From the IMG/VR virus record IMGVR_UViG_3300005680_000114, positions 4,280-68,279 of that record: a DNA stretch of 64,000 nt. The stretch is one strand, 5' to 3'. Shown one piece after another: positions 1 to 9,979 of this stretch (positions within the stretch are counted from its first letter, which is position 1; the number at the start of each line of letters is the position of its first letter). Both the position numbers and the translations under genes were made by a program. Source of the stretch: a virus (Duplodnaviria > Caudoviricetes). A model generated the notes under the pieces. That model searched no databases, was not told the DNA's origin, and saw only the letters and a program-made list of their open reading frames with translations.

Positions 1-714
1 CCGCCGTACAACATCGGCTACGAGTACGACCGTCACAAAGACGATATGACGGCGGAAGAGTATCGCTTTTGGTGCAACCAGTGGATCGGTGATTGCGCTC
101 GGGCGCTCAAGCCCGACGGCGCCATGTGGCTGATCATCGGCGACGAGTGGGCGGCCGACCTGCAGATTATCGCGCGCAGTCGCGGCCTGCACCTGCGCAA
201 TTGGGTCATCTGGCATTACACGTTCGGCCAGCACATGAAGACCAAATTTACGCGGTCGCACGCTCACTGCCTGCACTTCGTGAAGAACCCAAAGAAACAC
301 GTCTTCAACTTCTCCGACGTCGCCGTTCCGTCCGCCCGCACGTTGGTCTACGGCGACAAGCGCGCCGCCAAGGAAGGCCGTTGCCCCGACGACGTTTGGA
401 TCCTGCGGCCGCAGTGGTTTCCTGAAGGCTTCACGGCGCAGCATGACACGTGGTTTATCCCGCGTCTCTGCGGCACGTTCAAAGAGAAGGCGAAGACGCC
501 GAATCAGCTACCGGAACAACTGGTAGCCCGCATGATCGCCGTGTCGTCGAACCCCGGCGACGTCGTGCTCGATCCGATGTGCGGCAGCGGTACCGTGCCG
601 GCCGTCGCCAAAAAGCTCGGCCGCAAGCCGATGGGCTTCGAGCTCTCCGCGGACTATGCCAAGGCCGCGCAGAAGCGGCTAGACGCGGTGAAGGAAGGCG
701 ACGCAATCTCGTAA
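1..714 (+). CDS. DNA methyltransferase, N4-C/N6-A beta class (5'-truncated by window edge)
   Basis: Frame opens at base 1 with PPYNIGY (end of the DPPY catalytic motif). C-terminal QLPEQL..SSNPGDVVLDPMCGSGT is SAM-binding motif I. Confidence 0.92.
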   Translation, partial: PPYNIGYEYDRHKDDMTAEEYRFWCNQWIGDCARALKPDGAMWLIIGDEWAADLQIIARSRGLHLRNWVIWHYTFGQHMKTKFTRSHAHCLHFVKNPKKHVFNFSDVAVPSARTLVYGDKRAAKEGRCPDDVWILRPQWFPEGFTAQHDTWFIPRLCGTFKEKAKTPNQLPEQLVARMIAVSSNPGDVVLDPMCGSGTVPAVAKKLGRKPMGFELSADYAKAAQKRLDAVKEGDAIS

Positions 715-731
715 GCAAGGAAGCCCGCACC

Positions 732-1526
732 ATGGCCAAGGCCGCACGCCTGCCCTACATGCAATGGTTCGTCGACGACTGGCTAAACGACATTCCCTTG
801 TCGCGATGCTCGCTGCCGACGCGCGCCGTTTGGGTCGACGTTTTGAATCAAATGCACCGCGAGGGACGCACGGGCGTGATGTCCGGCGAGCCGGCCGAGT
901 TGGCACGGCTCTGCCGTTGCACGCCGAAGGAGTTAATCGAAGCGGCGAAAGAACTTGCGGCGAAAGGGGCCGCTGACGTGCAAGTAACCAAAACGCTTGT
1001 CACGTTCGTGAATCGCCGTATGCAACGCGAGCACCAAAACCGCGAAAACGCCGCAGAAAGACAGCGAAAACACCGGCAGGAGACGCCGCCGGAAGAGCAA
1101 TGTCACAACGGTGTCACGCCTGATGTGCGCTCGCGCCCTGGAGTCAGAGAATCAGACAGTCAGAGAATCAGAATATCAGAACATCAGAACTCAGTCAGTC
1201 AGACTGATGTTTTTCAAAAGCTGCGGAGGGACGATCTCGCGAGCGTTTCCGCCGTCGTCGAGTGGATCCCGCACGCGGTCAAAGCCGGGCTCGTCGACGA
1301 GTCCGAAGACTGCCGAATCCGCATCGTCGCCGCGGCCTTGCGTGCCGTCCGGTTCGGCAAGCGTAGCCCCGTGGGGCTCTTCCGGACCATCGTCGCCGGC
1401 GCCAAGTGGGGCGACCTTTCCGAGCAAGATTTGACCGACGCGTCATTCGCGTTGCGTGCCGGCCGCGACGCGTCCGCGCTGCCGGAAGTTCACTCTCTCG
1501 CCGATCGTTTCAAGCCAACGGAGTAG
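732..1526 (+). CDS. Phage replication initiator-like protein (YdaU/DUF1376-like N-terminus)
   Basis: LPYMQWFVDDWLND N-terminus, coiled RMQRE..AERQRKHR segment, S/Q-rich linker; lies directly upstream of dnaB. Confidence 0.7.
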   Translation: MAKAARLPYMQWFVDDWLNDIPLSRCSLPTRAVWVDVLNQMHREGRTGVMSGEPAELARLCRCTPKELIEAAKELAAKGAADVQVTKTLVTFVNRRMQREHQNRENAAERQRKHRQETPPEEQCHNGVTPDVRSRPGVRESDSQRIRISEHQNSVSQTDVFQKLRRDDLASVSAVVEWIPHAVKAGLVDESEDCRIRIVAAALRAVRFGKRSPVGLFRTIVAGAKWGDLSEQDLTDASFALRAGRDASALPEVHSLADRFKPTE

Positions 1527-1528
1527 CC

Positions 1529-2956
1529 ATGTCCGCCGCCCAAGGAAGCCGCCGCAACCAACGCCGAACCGACGTCGTCAACAACGCCGACGTCGTCGAA
1601 GTCGGCAAGCTCTTCGACCGTTCGCCGCCTCAATCGCCCGAGGCCGAGAAGGGCGTCATTGGCTCGATCTTGCTGGATCCGCGCGTCGTCGACGACGTCG
1701 CACTTGTGCTCAAGCCCGAGCACTTTTACAGCCCGTCGTATCGGCGTCTGTACGAAGTGTGCTTGGCGTTGCACAACGCCAGCAAGACCGTCGACGCCAC
1801 GCTCATCATCGAACGGCTGACGACGGCCGGCGAATTCGAAATGATGGGTGGCATGTCGATGATGCTCGACGTGGCCGAGTGCGTGCCGACGGCGGCCAAC
1901 GCAGTGTGGTACGCCCAGATCATCCGCGACAAGTTCCAACTGCGCGGAATCATTCACGCGTCGACGGAGAACCTACGCGACGCGTACGATCTCGCCGGCG
2001 AGGAAGACGACTCGGTGAAGTCCGTCATCGAACGGGCCGAGTCGCGCATCATGCGAATCAGCGAAGAGCGGTCCGCCGATCAAGTCACCGACGCCGCGTC
2101 GCTGATGGGCGAGTTGCTGACCATGATCGACGCCGGTCCGGCCAAGCGGATCCTCACCGGCTATCACGATCTCGACGAGTTGGTTCAGGTGAAGCCGGGG
2201 CAAGTCATCGTCATCGCCGCGCGTCCGAGCATGGGCAAGTCGGCGTTTGCCGGGAACCTGATGGAGAATCTTTCCAGCGGACTCGGAGCGTTGCGCGGGA
2301 TCTTCATCACGCTGGAAATGTCCCGGCTCGAGCTTGCGCAACGGATGCTGCAAAGCGCAACCGGCATTCCCGGCCGTTCACTTAGCAACGGCGGTTTGCT
2401 GACGTCGCACGATCGGAAGAAGATCATCGAAGCGTCGAGCCAAATGGCACAGATGCCGATCTACATCGACGACACGCCGGGCCGCACGGTGACCGACATC
2501 GGCGCCGTCTGCCGCCGCATGAAGCGGGACGTCAAGCACGGCGGGCTCGACTACGCGATCATTGACTATCTACAGATTATCGAAGCCGAAAGCACGAAGG
2601 AGAATCGCGAGGTTCAAGTCGCGACCATGACCAAGCGGCTGAAGCGTCTCGCGCGTGAGCTTCAGATTCCGATCTTCCTGCTGTCCCAACTCAACCGGCA
2701 AACGGAAGAGACGAAGGATAACCGGCCGAAAATGAAACACCTGCGCGAGTCGGGTGCGATCGAGCAAGACGCCGATCAGGTTTGGTTTCTCCATCGCGAA
2801 AAGTATTACGCGTCGGACGACTACGCGAAGACGATGGCCGGCGACAAAGCCGAAGTCATCGTCGCCAAGCAACGCGGCGGGCCGAAGGGGACCGTGTACC
2901 TCACGTTCCGCGAAGAGCGCTGCCGGTTTGAGAACTATTCCAACATTCCTGATTAA
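1529..2956 (+). CDS. dnaB: Replicative DNA helicase DnaB
   Basis: PPQSPEAEKGVIGSILL N-domain; Walker A IAARPSMGKS; IIDYLQ; LSQLNR; LRESGAIEQDAD; IVAKQRGGP. Confidence 0.97.
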   Translation: MSAAQGSRRNQRRTDVVNNADVVEVGKLFDRSPPQSPEAEKGVIGSILLDPRVVDDVALVLKPEHFYSPSYRRLYEVCLALHNASKTVDATLIIERLTTAGEFEMMGGMSMMLDVAECVPTAANAVWYAQIIRDKFQLRGIIHASTENLRDAYDLAGEEDDSVKSVIERAESRIMRISEERSADQVTDAASLMGELLTMIDAGPAKRILTGYHDLDELVQVKPGQVIVIAARPSMGKSAFAGNLMENLSSGLGALRGIFITLEMSRLELAQRMLQSATGIPGRSLSNGGLLTSHDRKKIIEASSQMAQMPIYIDDTPGRTVTDIGAVCRRMKRDVKHGGLDYAIIDYLQIIEAESTKENREVQVATMTKRLKRLARELQIPIFLLSQLNRQTEETKDNRPKMKHLRESGAIEQDADQVWFLHREKYYASDDYAKTMAGDKAEVIVAKQRGGPKGTVYLTFREERCRFENYSNIPD

Positions 2957-2970
2957 CGAAGGAGCGACGT

Positions 2971-3885
2971 ATGACGAATGCAGTTGAACATTTTCCCAAG
3001 AACGCCAAGCTGCGCAACACGATGATCAACCAAGACGGGATCGTCGTGTCGTGCGAGAACCGCACGGACATGAACCGGGTGCGGAAGGTTGTGACCGTAC
3101 GCGGTGGCGACGGCCGTGAGTATGACTGGTATGCCGAGTATTGCACGCTGATCGAAGCCCCGACGACGCGCGAGAACGAAATGCAGGCCGCCGAGCTCGG
3201 CCATGAATTCGCGCGCTGCCGTGGTTGTGGTCGGCAATTGCTGCCGCCCGATACCGGCATCGCCGACGCATGCACCTGCAACAGCCCGCGCGGGATTAAC
3301 CACGGCCTCGTCCCTGTAAATGTCTGCACGTGCAAGGAGTGCGACCCTGCAGAGACGGGATCCGTGCGTAAGCCGCAGCCGATCACCGAAGCGACGCCGG
3401 TCAAGATGAACGTCGGCGAGGCGATCGACGTGGCGACGAAACTAGCGGCGACGGTGCGCGACGGCACCAAGATGACGCGCCACGGCATCGTGCAACTGCT
3501 TGCGTATCAGCAAGAGGACATTGCCGACCTTCGCACCCAACTCGCCACCGCCACCGAGCGGGCGGAGCGGGCGGAGGCTAAGGCCCGCGAGCTAAACGTC
3601 TACGCGGCAAATTACCGTGGCAAGTGCGGAGCCTGTGCAACCGCAAACTGCGACATGCTCACCGATGGCTACTGCGCTGAATGCCGAGCAGTTGCAGCCG
3701 AACAGAAACTCACCCGCCTGACCGCCGAGCTTGCGGCGGCGAGGGAGGAGTTGGCAAAGATCGAAGTGATTGCATCGAGAATGAAACGTCGCAATCAAGG
3801 TGGCTGCGTTGCCGACAGGGACGACGTAGAAAACATCAAGGCCATTGTGACCGCCGCCCTACAACCCACGGAGGCGCGGGCATGA
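2971..3885 (+). CDS. Hypothetical phage protein with Cys-rich motifs and coiled-coil
   Basis: ORF with RBS (AAGGAG); CRGC, CTCNSPRGINHG..CTCKEC and CGAC..YCAEC clusters. Confidence 0.7.
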   Translation: MTNAVEHFPKNAKLRNTMINQDGIVVSCENRTDMNRVRKVVTVRGGDGREYDWYAEYCTLIEAPTTRENEMQAAELGHEFARCRGCGRQLLPPDTGIADACTCNSPRGINHGLVPVNVCTCKECDPAETGSVRKPQPITEATPVKMNVGEAIDVATKLAATVRDGTKMTRHGIVQLLAYQQEDIADLRTQLATATERAERAEAKARELNVYAANYRGKCGACATANCDMLTDGYCAECRAVAAEQKLTRLTAELAAAREELAKIEVIASRMKRRNQGGCVADRDDVENIKAIVTAALQPTEARA

Positions 3886-3945
3886 AGGACGTGCAAGCAA
3901 TGAAGCCGCGATTAACCGTCGCCACGCAGCGGAAAGGAATGTTTC

Positions 3946-4113
3946 ATGGCGGTCAACGTCATCCCCGTCGCCGAGCTCGAGCTTCACACGCGCGACACGA
4001 CGTGCGAGTGCGGACCGGCCGTCGACTTCAGCTTGCCGCAGATTTTGATAACGCACGAACAGATGACGGACCGGCCGACGAAATGGGGAGTGTATACGGA
4101 AGATGACGAGTGA
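3946..4113 (+). CDS. Small His/Cys protein (55 aa, H-x5-CxCGP), below the ORF-track cutoff
   Basis: Translated by hand: MAVNVIPVAELELHTRDTTCECGPAVDF...; GGAAAGGA RBS upstream; resembles a small phage protein family. Confidence 0.6.
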   Translation: MAVNVIPVAELELHTRDTTCECGPAVDFSLPQILITHEQMTDRPTKWGVYTEDDE

Positions 4114-4266
4114 ATATCCCTACTACTGGCGACTCCGCAAAACGCTGCCGGAGCGCAACGGGCAACCCTGCCGTGTCCTCGCATACGGCAGGCTCAACTC
4201 GATCCTCATTGAGTTTGAAGATGGAACGAAACACGTGGTCAATCGATACGCGGTGAGGAAACGGAA

Positions 4267-4518
4267 ATGAAACTAAACATTCCGCGCGAGAAGCGAACCG
4301 TCGAAATCTGGAACGTCTGCACGTGCGGCCAAGTGCTGCACAGCATCAGCGAAGGCGAGCGCGGAACGTGCTCGTCGTGCTGGTTTAAGTCACTGTCGCC
4401 CGAAAAACACAAGGCGATGAAGGGCCTCATAGCGTCGGCGTTCAACGGAGCTACGGACGCGGAGAAAGATGCCGCTGTCGAAGAAGCCTTAAAGCACTTT
4501 CGCAAGGATGAAACATGA
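4267..4518 (+). CDS. Hypothetical Zn-binding protein
   Basis: CTCG...CSSC; GAGGA RBS; stop overlaps the next start. Confidence 0.65.
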   Translation: MKLNIPREKRTVEIWNVCTCGQVLHSISEGERGTCSSCWFKSLSPEKHKAMKGLIASAFNGATDAEKDAAVEEALKHFRKDET

Positions 4519-5072
4519 GCAACGAACCTGTCACCTGTCTCGGCTTGGACTTCGGCGGAAAGTTTGGTTACGCCGTCGGCAGAGCCAACAAGATCATCGA
4601 ATGCGGCACGCTCGAGCTTGCCAAACGCGCGAAGCAACTGCGCAAAGAACCGGAAACGGCGCTCGATCACATGCTTCGCGAGATCATCACGCGATACGAC
4701 GTCGGCGCGATCAGTTGGGAAAACTCCGTCGCCGCCTTCAGCGGATCCATGCGAGGCGTGCGGAAGAAAGCACCGAGCGAAGACGAACGCGGCTTTGATC
4801 TCGGCCCGGCCATGATCAAGCACGCCCGCTACGAGGGCATCGTCATCGTGCTATCAGACAAGAAGAACCTCATCAAAGTGCCGCCGATCCACAACACGTC
4901 GCTGAAGAAGTTCGCGACCGGAAACCACAAGGCGAAGAAGGATCTTATGATCGCCTGGGCCAATCGTCTTTACGGGTTAAACCTGGGGGACGACGACGAC
5001 AATACGGCCGACGCGTGTCACGTCTGCGCGCACGTGATGCAGAAATACCGGACCGTGGCTCCCCCGTTCTGA
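4515..5072 (+). CDS. RuvC-like Holliday junction resolvase
   Basis: LGLDFG, ISWE, SLKKFATGNHKAKKDLM and DDNTADA match the phage RuvC fold motifs. Confidence 0.85.
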   Translation: MSNEPVTCLGLDFGGKFGYAVGRANKIIECGTLELAKRAKQLRKEPETALDHMLREIITRYDVGAISWENSVAAFSGSMRGVRKKAPSEDERGFDLGPAMIKHARYEGIVIVLSDKKNLIKVPPIHNTSLKKFATGNHKAKKDLMIAWANRLYGLNLGDDDDNTADACHVCAHVMQKYRTVAPPF

Positions 5073-5074
5073 TT

Positions 5075-5122
5075 GACAATCTCCGGATATTCAGGTCAGA
5101 CTATGACCATCTAGCGATTGTC
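5075..5122. promoter_or_regulatory. Two tandem operator-like palindromes overlapping a TTGACA box
   Basis: GACAATC-tccg-GATATTC (5075-5092) and GACCATC-tagc-GATTGTC (5105-5122); TTGACA at 5073. Confidence 0.7.
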
Positions 5123-5154
5123 AATCGCCCCGACTGGTCAATAGGGAGTCTGCC

Positions 5155-5484
5155 ATGTCCGCCGAAGCTCTTGGCGTCTTGGACAATGTTCGTCTCATCC
5201 GGTGGCTACTCGGCCATTCCGAGAAGATCCCCGTGCTGATGGGATACCTCGACGCGTACAAGGACGCGGGCACGATCGCCGAGAAGATCCGCACCGGCGT
5301 CGTGCCGACGCTGCTGCTGTTGGCCGACATCATCGACACGCTGCCGAACGCGCAAGTGGCGGCCGTCGTGCTGGGCGACGTGCAAGCTCAAGCCGTCGGG
5401 CTCGGTATCGACTGGAGCGCGCTCGAGCAATTGGCGCAATTCCTCCTGCCGATCGTCATCGACTTGATTCTCAAGTATCGGTAG
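5155..5484 (+). CDS. Hypothetical hydrophobic protein (possible holin-like)
   Basis: 109 aa with hydrophobic segments and a basic C-terminus; GGGAG RBS. Confidence 0.55.
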   Translation: MSAEALGVLDNVRLIRWLLGHSEKIPVLMGYLDAYKDAGTIAEKIRTGVVPTLLLLADIIDTLPNAQVAAVVLGDVQAQAVGLGIDWSALEQLAQFLLPIVIDLILKYR

Positions 5485-5569
5485 TCGCCATGGGTGCCGT
5501 TCATTCGCTGCTGCTGTTGGCGGTGCCCGTCTTCGCGTATTGCATCATCACCGGAAATTGGGTTGATCC

Positions 5570-6616
5570 ATGGAACCGATCTTTCGTCTCCCGCCTTACG
5601 AAGCACAAGCCGTCACGACGGCGCTGAGCGAAGTGCAGGATTGGAGCATCGCGTTTCTCGGGATCCCTGAACTCTGGAAGAAGACGCAAGGCGAAGGCGT
5701 TCGCGTCGCCGTGCTCGACACCGGTTGCGATCTCGAGCATCCGGACCTGCAGGACGGTGCCATCGTCGGCTTCCGCGACTTCACTAGCTCGCTATGGGGT
5801 GCGCGCGATCGGCAGGGGCACGGCACTTGGTGCGCGGGCATGATCGGCGCCCGCGCGAACAACGTCGGCGTGCGGGGCGTCGCTCCGAAGTGCGAACTTC
5901 TGATCGGCAAGGTGCTCGGTGACGACGGCAGCGGATCCGAAGCCGGCATTCTCGCCGGCGTAGAGTGGGCCGCCGCTCAAGGCGCTCACATCATCAGCAT
6001 GTCGCTCGGCGGTCCGCAGATGAGCAACCGTCTCCGCGACGCCATCCGCGCGTTCGTGTCGCAAGATCATCGCTTCGTCATCTGCGCCGCCGGCAACGAC
6101 GGCCGTGACAACAGCGTGAACTATCCCGCCGTGTGGGATGAGACGATCGCCGTCGCCGCCGTCGACAAGAACGGAAAGCTCACGGCGTTCTCGAGCCGCG
6201 GGCCCCAGGTGGACATCGCGGCCCCCGGTCAAGACATGCTCTCGACCGTGCCGCAATCCGCCGGCCGGTACGCGAAGCTCTCCGGTACCAGCATGGCGAC
6301 GCCCGTCGTCGCCGGCGTGGCCGCCGTCTGCCTCTCCAAGCACCTGAAGCAAGGCGCTCACAACGGCTTGGAGAATTACAAGCAACTGCTCGCCCACTTG
6401 GCGAAGACGGCCGTCGACGCCGGCACGCCGGGGCGTGATGACTCGTACGGCTACGGCATCATTTCGCCGGGCAAGCTGCTCGACGCGATTGGTGCCCCGG
6501 CCGTGACGCCGTCGCCTGAAGGCCCGCAAGATGTTGCCGGGCTCGAGCTCAAGGTGCGCGACAAGAACGACGTCTTGTGGATCGCCGACAAGATCCAATG
6601 GAAGCGGGCCGGATAA
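5570..6616 (+). CDS. Subtilisin-like S8 serine peptidase
   Basis: Catalytic triad motifs VAVLDTG, GHGTWCAG, SGTSMATP; oxyanion AAGNDG. Confidence 0.96.
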   Translation: MEPIFRLPPYEAQAVTTALSEVQDWSIAFLGIPELWKKTQGEGVRVAVLDTGCDLEHPDLQDGAIVGFRDFTSSLWGARDRQGHGTWCAGMIGARANNVGVRGVAPKCELLIGKVLGDDGSGSEAGILAGVEWAAAQGAHIISMSLGGPQMSNRLRDAIRAFVSQDHRFVICAAGNDGRDNSVNYPAVWDETIAVAAVDKNGKLTAFSSRGPQVDIAAPGQDMLSTVPQSAGRYAKLSGTSMATPVVAGVAAVCLSKHLKQGAHNGLENYKQLLAHLAKTAVDAGTPGRDDSYGYGIISPGKLLDAIGAPAVTPSPEGPQDVAGLELKVRDKNDVLWIADKIQWKRAG

Positions 6617-6632
6617 CCCGGCTCGATGACGC

Positions 6633-7622
6633 ATGTACGCGATTCTCTTTGCGGCACTGATCGCCGCGCAGCCGCCGCAGCAGTCCGGACCGCAAGGCAT
6701 TCCGCCTACCGGTGCCGAAGTCGAGCTCGGCCGCAAACTCTTCTTTGAACCGCTCCTGTCGCAAGACGGATCCGTGTCGTGTGCGACGTGCCACGATCCG
6801 AATAAGGGGTGGGCCGACGGCCTGCCGCTGGCGGTCGGGATCCGCGGCCAAGTCGGCACGCGTCACTCGCCGACGATCATCAATTCATCGTACTCGACGC
6901 TCATGTTCTGGGACGGCCGCACGGTGGCCCCCATCACGCAAGCGCTCTTGCCCCTGTCGAACCCGATTGAAATGGGGCAACAGTCGGAAGACGACGTCGT
7001 CCGCAAGCTGCGGCTGTTGCCCGAGTACGTCGCGGACTTCGCCAAGGTCTACGGCTCGGTGGATCCGCAAAGCCTCAGCCCGGTGACCGGCGTCCGCCTC
7101 GCTCGAGCAATCGCCGCCTTCGAGTCGACCGTCGTGAGCTTCAACGCGCCGATCGATCGCCGCTTGGACGGTGACGAAACGGCGCTGACGCCCGCCGCCG
7201 AGATCGGCTTTCAGTTGTTCCGCCAAGCTAACTGCATGTCGTGCCACACGCCGCCGCTCTTCACCGACGGCTTGATGCACAACAACGGCATGGAATACGC
7301 CGGCAAGTTGGTGGCCAACGATCTCGGCCGTGCCGGGATCCTGCCGAACAATCGCCGCACGCCCGACACGATTCGCGCGTTCAAGACGCCGACGCTGCGG
7401 GAGATCCATCGCACCGCCCCGTACAACCACGCCGGCAGCTACGCGGATCTCGATCGCGTGCTGTTGCACTATCAAACCGGCGGTGCCCGATTCGACGACA
7501 CGTTTGATCGCTTCATTGACCCGCGTGTCCGCGCGATTCGTACGCTCGGTTGGACGCCCAGCCAACTCAAGTACCTGCGGACGTTCTTGCTCGAAGCCTT
7601 CAAAGGAAGCCCATCCCCATGA
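6633..7622 (+). CDS. Di-haem cytochrome c peroxidase (CCP/MauG family), exported
   Basis: Signal-like N-terminus; ELGRKLFF; two haem motifs CATCH and CMSCH; FWDGR; FKTPTLR..TAPYNH. Confidence 0.92.
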   Translation: MYAILFAALIAAQPPQQSGPQGIPPTGAEVELGRKLFFEPLLSQDGSVSCATCHDPNKGWADGLPLAVGIRGQVGTRHSPTIINSSYSTLMFWDGRTVAPITQALLPLSNPIEMGQQSEDDVVRKLRLLPEYVADFAKVYGSVDPQSLSPVTGVRLARAIAAFESTVVSFNAPIDRRLDGDETALTPAAEIGFQLFRQANCMSCHTPPLFTDGLMHNNGMEYAGKLVANDLGRAGILPNNRRTPDTIRAFKTPTLREIHRTAPYNHAGSYADLDRVLLHYQTGGARFDDTFDRFIDPRVRAIRTLGWTPSQLKYLRTFLLEAFKGSPSP

Positions 7623-8119
7623 TCAAGTCCATTGTCGTTCTGTCGCTTATTGCAACTTGCAGTTCCATCCTTGCGGCCGTTCCGCCTCGCTACAAAGTCG
7701 GCACGATCATTGAATGCGGTCGCGCGCACTTCGTCGTCCAAGAGACGCTGCCCGACGCAGCGTCCCCAAATGCGCTGCCCGTCGTGCGTCCTACCTACCG
7801 AGTGAGCGTAAACGGCATGAACGGGCTACTCGAAGTCGAGGAAACGTGGATCGATTATCTAGCTTCGAGCGGGTCTGTCATTGAGCCGGCGGTCCCTGTC
7901 GTCGCAGCCCCACAACCCGCGGCACCGCCGCCAAAGTATTACGTTGGCCAGATCGTCGGTCCGACTCATGCGAGATTCAAAGTCGTGGACGTCAGATTAA
8001 AAGGTGACGGCTATCTCTACGCGATCATTGATACCGAAGCAGGTTCAAACCCGATCCGAATCACTTGCGACCAAGGGTTACTCGACGCGCTCAATTTAGA
8101 GCAAGGCGGCGACCGATGA
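7619..8119 (+). CDS. Hypothetical secreted protein
   Basis: Signal peptide MIKSIVVLSLIATCSSILA; two internal 'P(K/R)Y.VG.I' repeats. Confidence 0.65.
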   Translation: MIKSIVVLSLIATCSSILAAVPPRYKVGTIIECGRAHFVVQETLPDAASPNALPVVRPTYRVSVNGMNGLLEVEETWIDYLASSGSVIEPAVPVVAAPQPAAPPPKYYVGQIVGPTHARFKVVDVRLKGDGYLYAIIDTEAGSNPIRITCDQGLLDALNLEQGGDR

Positions 8120-8928
8120 TCCGCACCACGCTTAGCATCGTCGGCACGCTCGTTTGTCTCGCCGGGCTTTCGCTCGGCATCGTGCATTTATGGAGCGCCG
8201 GGTGGCTCGATCGCCTGACGCCGGCGCCACGGTACGCCGAAGCCGTCTCGGTCGCATTGCACGGACCCAAAGAAACGCTTGTCGGCGGCGAGTATTACTT
8301 TCACGTCGAAGTCACCGGGGCATCGGGCCGCCCGGTCTGCAACCTCGTACCTTCGGAGCCGGCGGCGCTGACGGAGTTTCCCGACGGCCGAACCTTCCGC
8401 TTTCAGAGCTCGGTGCCAGGCATTCGAGTGCTGACGGTATCGGTCGCCGGTGACGGCCGCCAAGTCGCCAGCGATTCGATCGAGTTCGAAAACCTCGAAG
8501 TGTTCGAAGAAACGACGGAAGAGGAAGTCGCACCGCAGCAGCCCCCCATCGACATCGGTTCGCTCAAGGCGTTGCTCGCGCCGCCGCAGCCGCAAACGCT
8601 GTCGATCAACGCCATCGTGCTCGACGCGGTCGCTCACGTCGACACGGCGAACAAAGTCGAAGAGGCGCATCGCATCGCCGGTATCGTCAAGTCGATCATC
8701 GTGCGGATCCAGACGGGGCTCATCGCTCCCGACGTCGACGTCGCTCTCGAGCTTGAATCACAAATTGAACTGGCCTTGGGCGAACATGCCCGCCCGTGGT
8801 CGGTCTTCATGTCCGATGTTCGCACGACGATCTTTCGGGATCTTCGTGCTCAAGGTGTTATCACCGACGCCGCTTCCACCGTGCCGACGCTCACGGAAAT
8901 CGCGGCTGCTCTTTCCAGCGTCCAGTAG
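8116..8928 (+). CDS. Hypothetical membrane-anchored protein
   Basis: N-terminal TM helix; ATGA overlap with the previous gene. Confidence 0.7.
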   Translation: MIRTTLSIVGTLVCLAGLSLGIVHLWSAGWLDRLTPAPRYAEAVSVALHGPKETLVGGEYYFHVEVTGASGRPVCNLVPSEPAALTEFPDGRTFRFQSSVPGIRVLTVSVAGDGRQVASDSIEFENLEVFEETTEEEVAPQQPPIDIGSLKALLAPPQPQTLSINAIVLDAVAHVDTANKVEEAHRIAGIVKSIIVRIQTGLIAPDVDVALELESQIELALGEHARPWSVFMSDVRTTIFRDLRAQGVITDAASTVPTLTEIAAALSSVQ

Positions 8929-8938
8929 GAAAAGCCCA

Positions 8939-9310
8939 ATGTCCGCCTCACTAGTTTGGCAGTTGATGGAACAAATGCAGGGGCAGATCGCCGCCGAGAT
9001 CCGCGTCATGCTCGGCGAGGCGCCGCTTGCGCAATCACTGTTTGATGACACCCAACGAAACCGCCGCATTGAGGCTATGCAAAAGTGTGCCGTCGAGTCG
9101 ACCGACGACGCGACCCGGCACGAAGCATGGATGAAGATGCACCTTGAGGCCGGCTGGGTGTACGGCGAGACGTTTGACCCGCAGGCGAAGACGCATCCCA
9201 ACCTGAAGCCGTGGGACGAGCTTCCGCCGTCGACGCGGTCGAAGGCCAAGATATTCGACATCGTTGCCAAGACTGCATTGCAACTCGACAAACTTGTACC
9301 GCCGCAGTAA
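8939..9310 (+). CDS. RyR-domain protein
   Basis: HEAWMKMHLEAGWVYGETFDPQAKTHPNLKPWDELP is the RyR repeat signature. Confidence 0.85.
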   Translation: MSASLVWQLMEQMQGQIAAEIRVMLGEAPLAQSLFDDTQRNRRIEAMQKCAVESTDDATRHEAWMKMHLEAGWVYGETFDPQAKTHPNLKPWDELPPSTRSKAKIFDIVAKTALQLDKLVPPQ

Positions 9311-9364
9311 TTGCGGCGTTTCATTGTTGTTCTCTTTCCCGGTTCGTTTCCTTCGGAGGTTCCC

Positions 9365-9880
9365 ATGAGAGGTTTGTTCAGTCTGATGCTGGCCGTCGCC
9401 GTCGTGGCGGTCAGCGCGTTCGTCAGCACGGATACCGCGTCGGCTCAATGCAACGTGCAGAGCTCGAGTGCAGCCGCGTCGGCCAACAGCGCCGCCGCCC
9501 TGCAGAATCAAGCCTTGCTGCAGGCGTTGGTGCAGGCCCAGGCACGGAGTGCAACGGCCAGTACGCTCGTCGCACCGCCGCCGCGGATCGTGTCGGTGCC
9601 GGTCGTTCAAGCGCCGGCCGCTTCCGCAAGTGCGGTCGCATCTGCAGGTAGTACGCTCGTCGCACCTTCCGCCGTCGACCCGGTCGCACTGGCGCAGGCC
9701 TTGGCTAGTCTGAATGCTCTTAGCGTGTCGCCGTTAGCGACGGTCAACACGGTGAGCGCGTGTAACGTCGGCGGACGAAGCCGAAGTCTGTCAGTGAGCC
9801 GCGTAGGGGGTCGGCTCGCCAGCCTCGCCGTGCCCCGCAGCGTGAGCGTTGCCCGCAGTCGTTCTCGGACCGTGAACTGA
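9365..9880 (+). CDS. Secreted Ala/Ser/Val-rich low-complexity protein
   Basis: GGAGG RBS; signal peptide ending TASA-QC; two Cys flank a low-complexity body. Confidence 0.7.
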   Translation: MRGLFSLMLAVAVVAVSAFVSTDTASAQCNVQSSSAAASANSAAALQNQALLQALVQAQARSATASTLVAPPPRIVSVPVVQAPAASASAVASAGSTLVAPSAVDPVALAQALASLNALSVSPLATVNTVSACNVGGRSRSLSVSRVGGRLASLAVPRSVSVARSRSRTVN

Positions 9881-9920
9881 GCGAGCCACGCCCGGCCGCG
9901 CCCGCTTCTTGTTACGATCC

Positions 9921-9961
9921 CGCCGTGCCGACGTTAGCCCGCGTCGGCACGGCGTTTGTTT
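9921..9961 (+). terminator. Intrinsic terminator
   Basis: 13-bp stem CGCCGTGCCGACG/CGTCGGCACGGCG followed by TTTGTTT. Confidence 0.75.
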
Positions 9962-9979
9962 ATCCGAGGGTGAAAAGTC

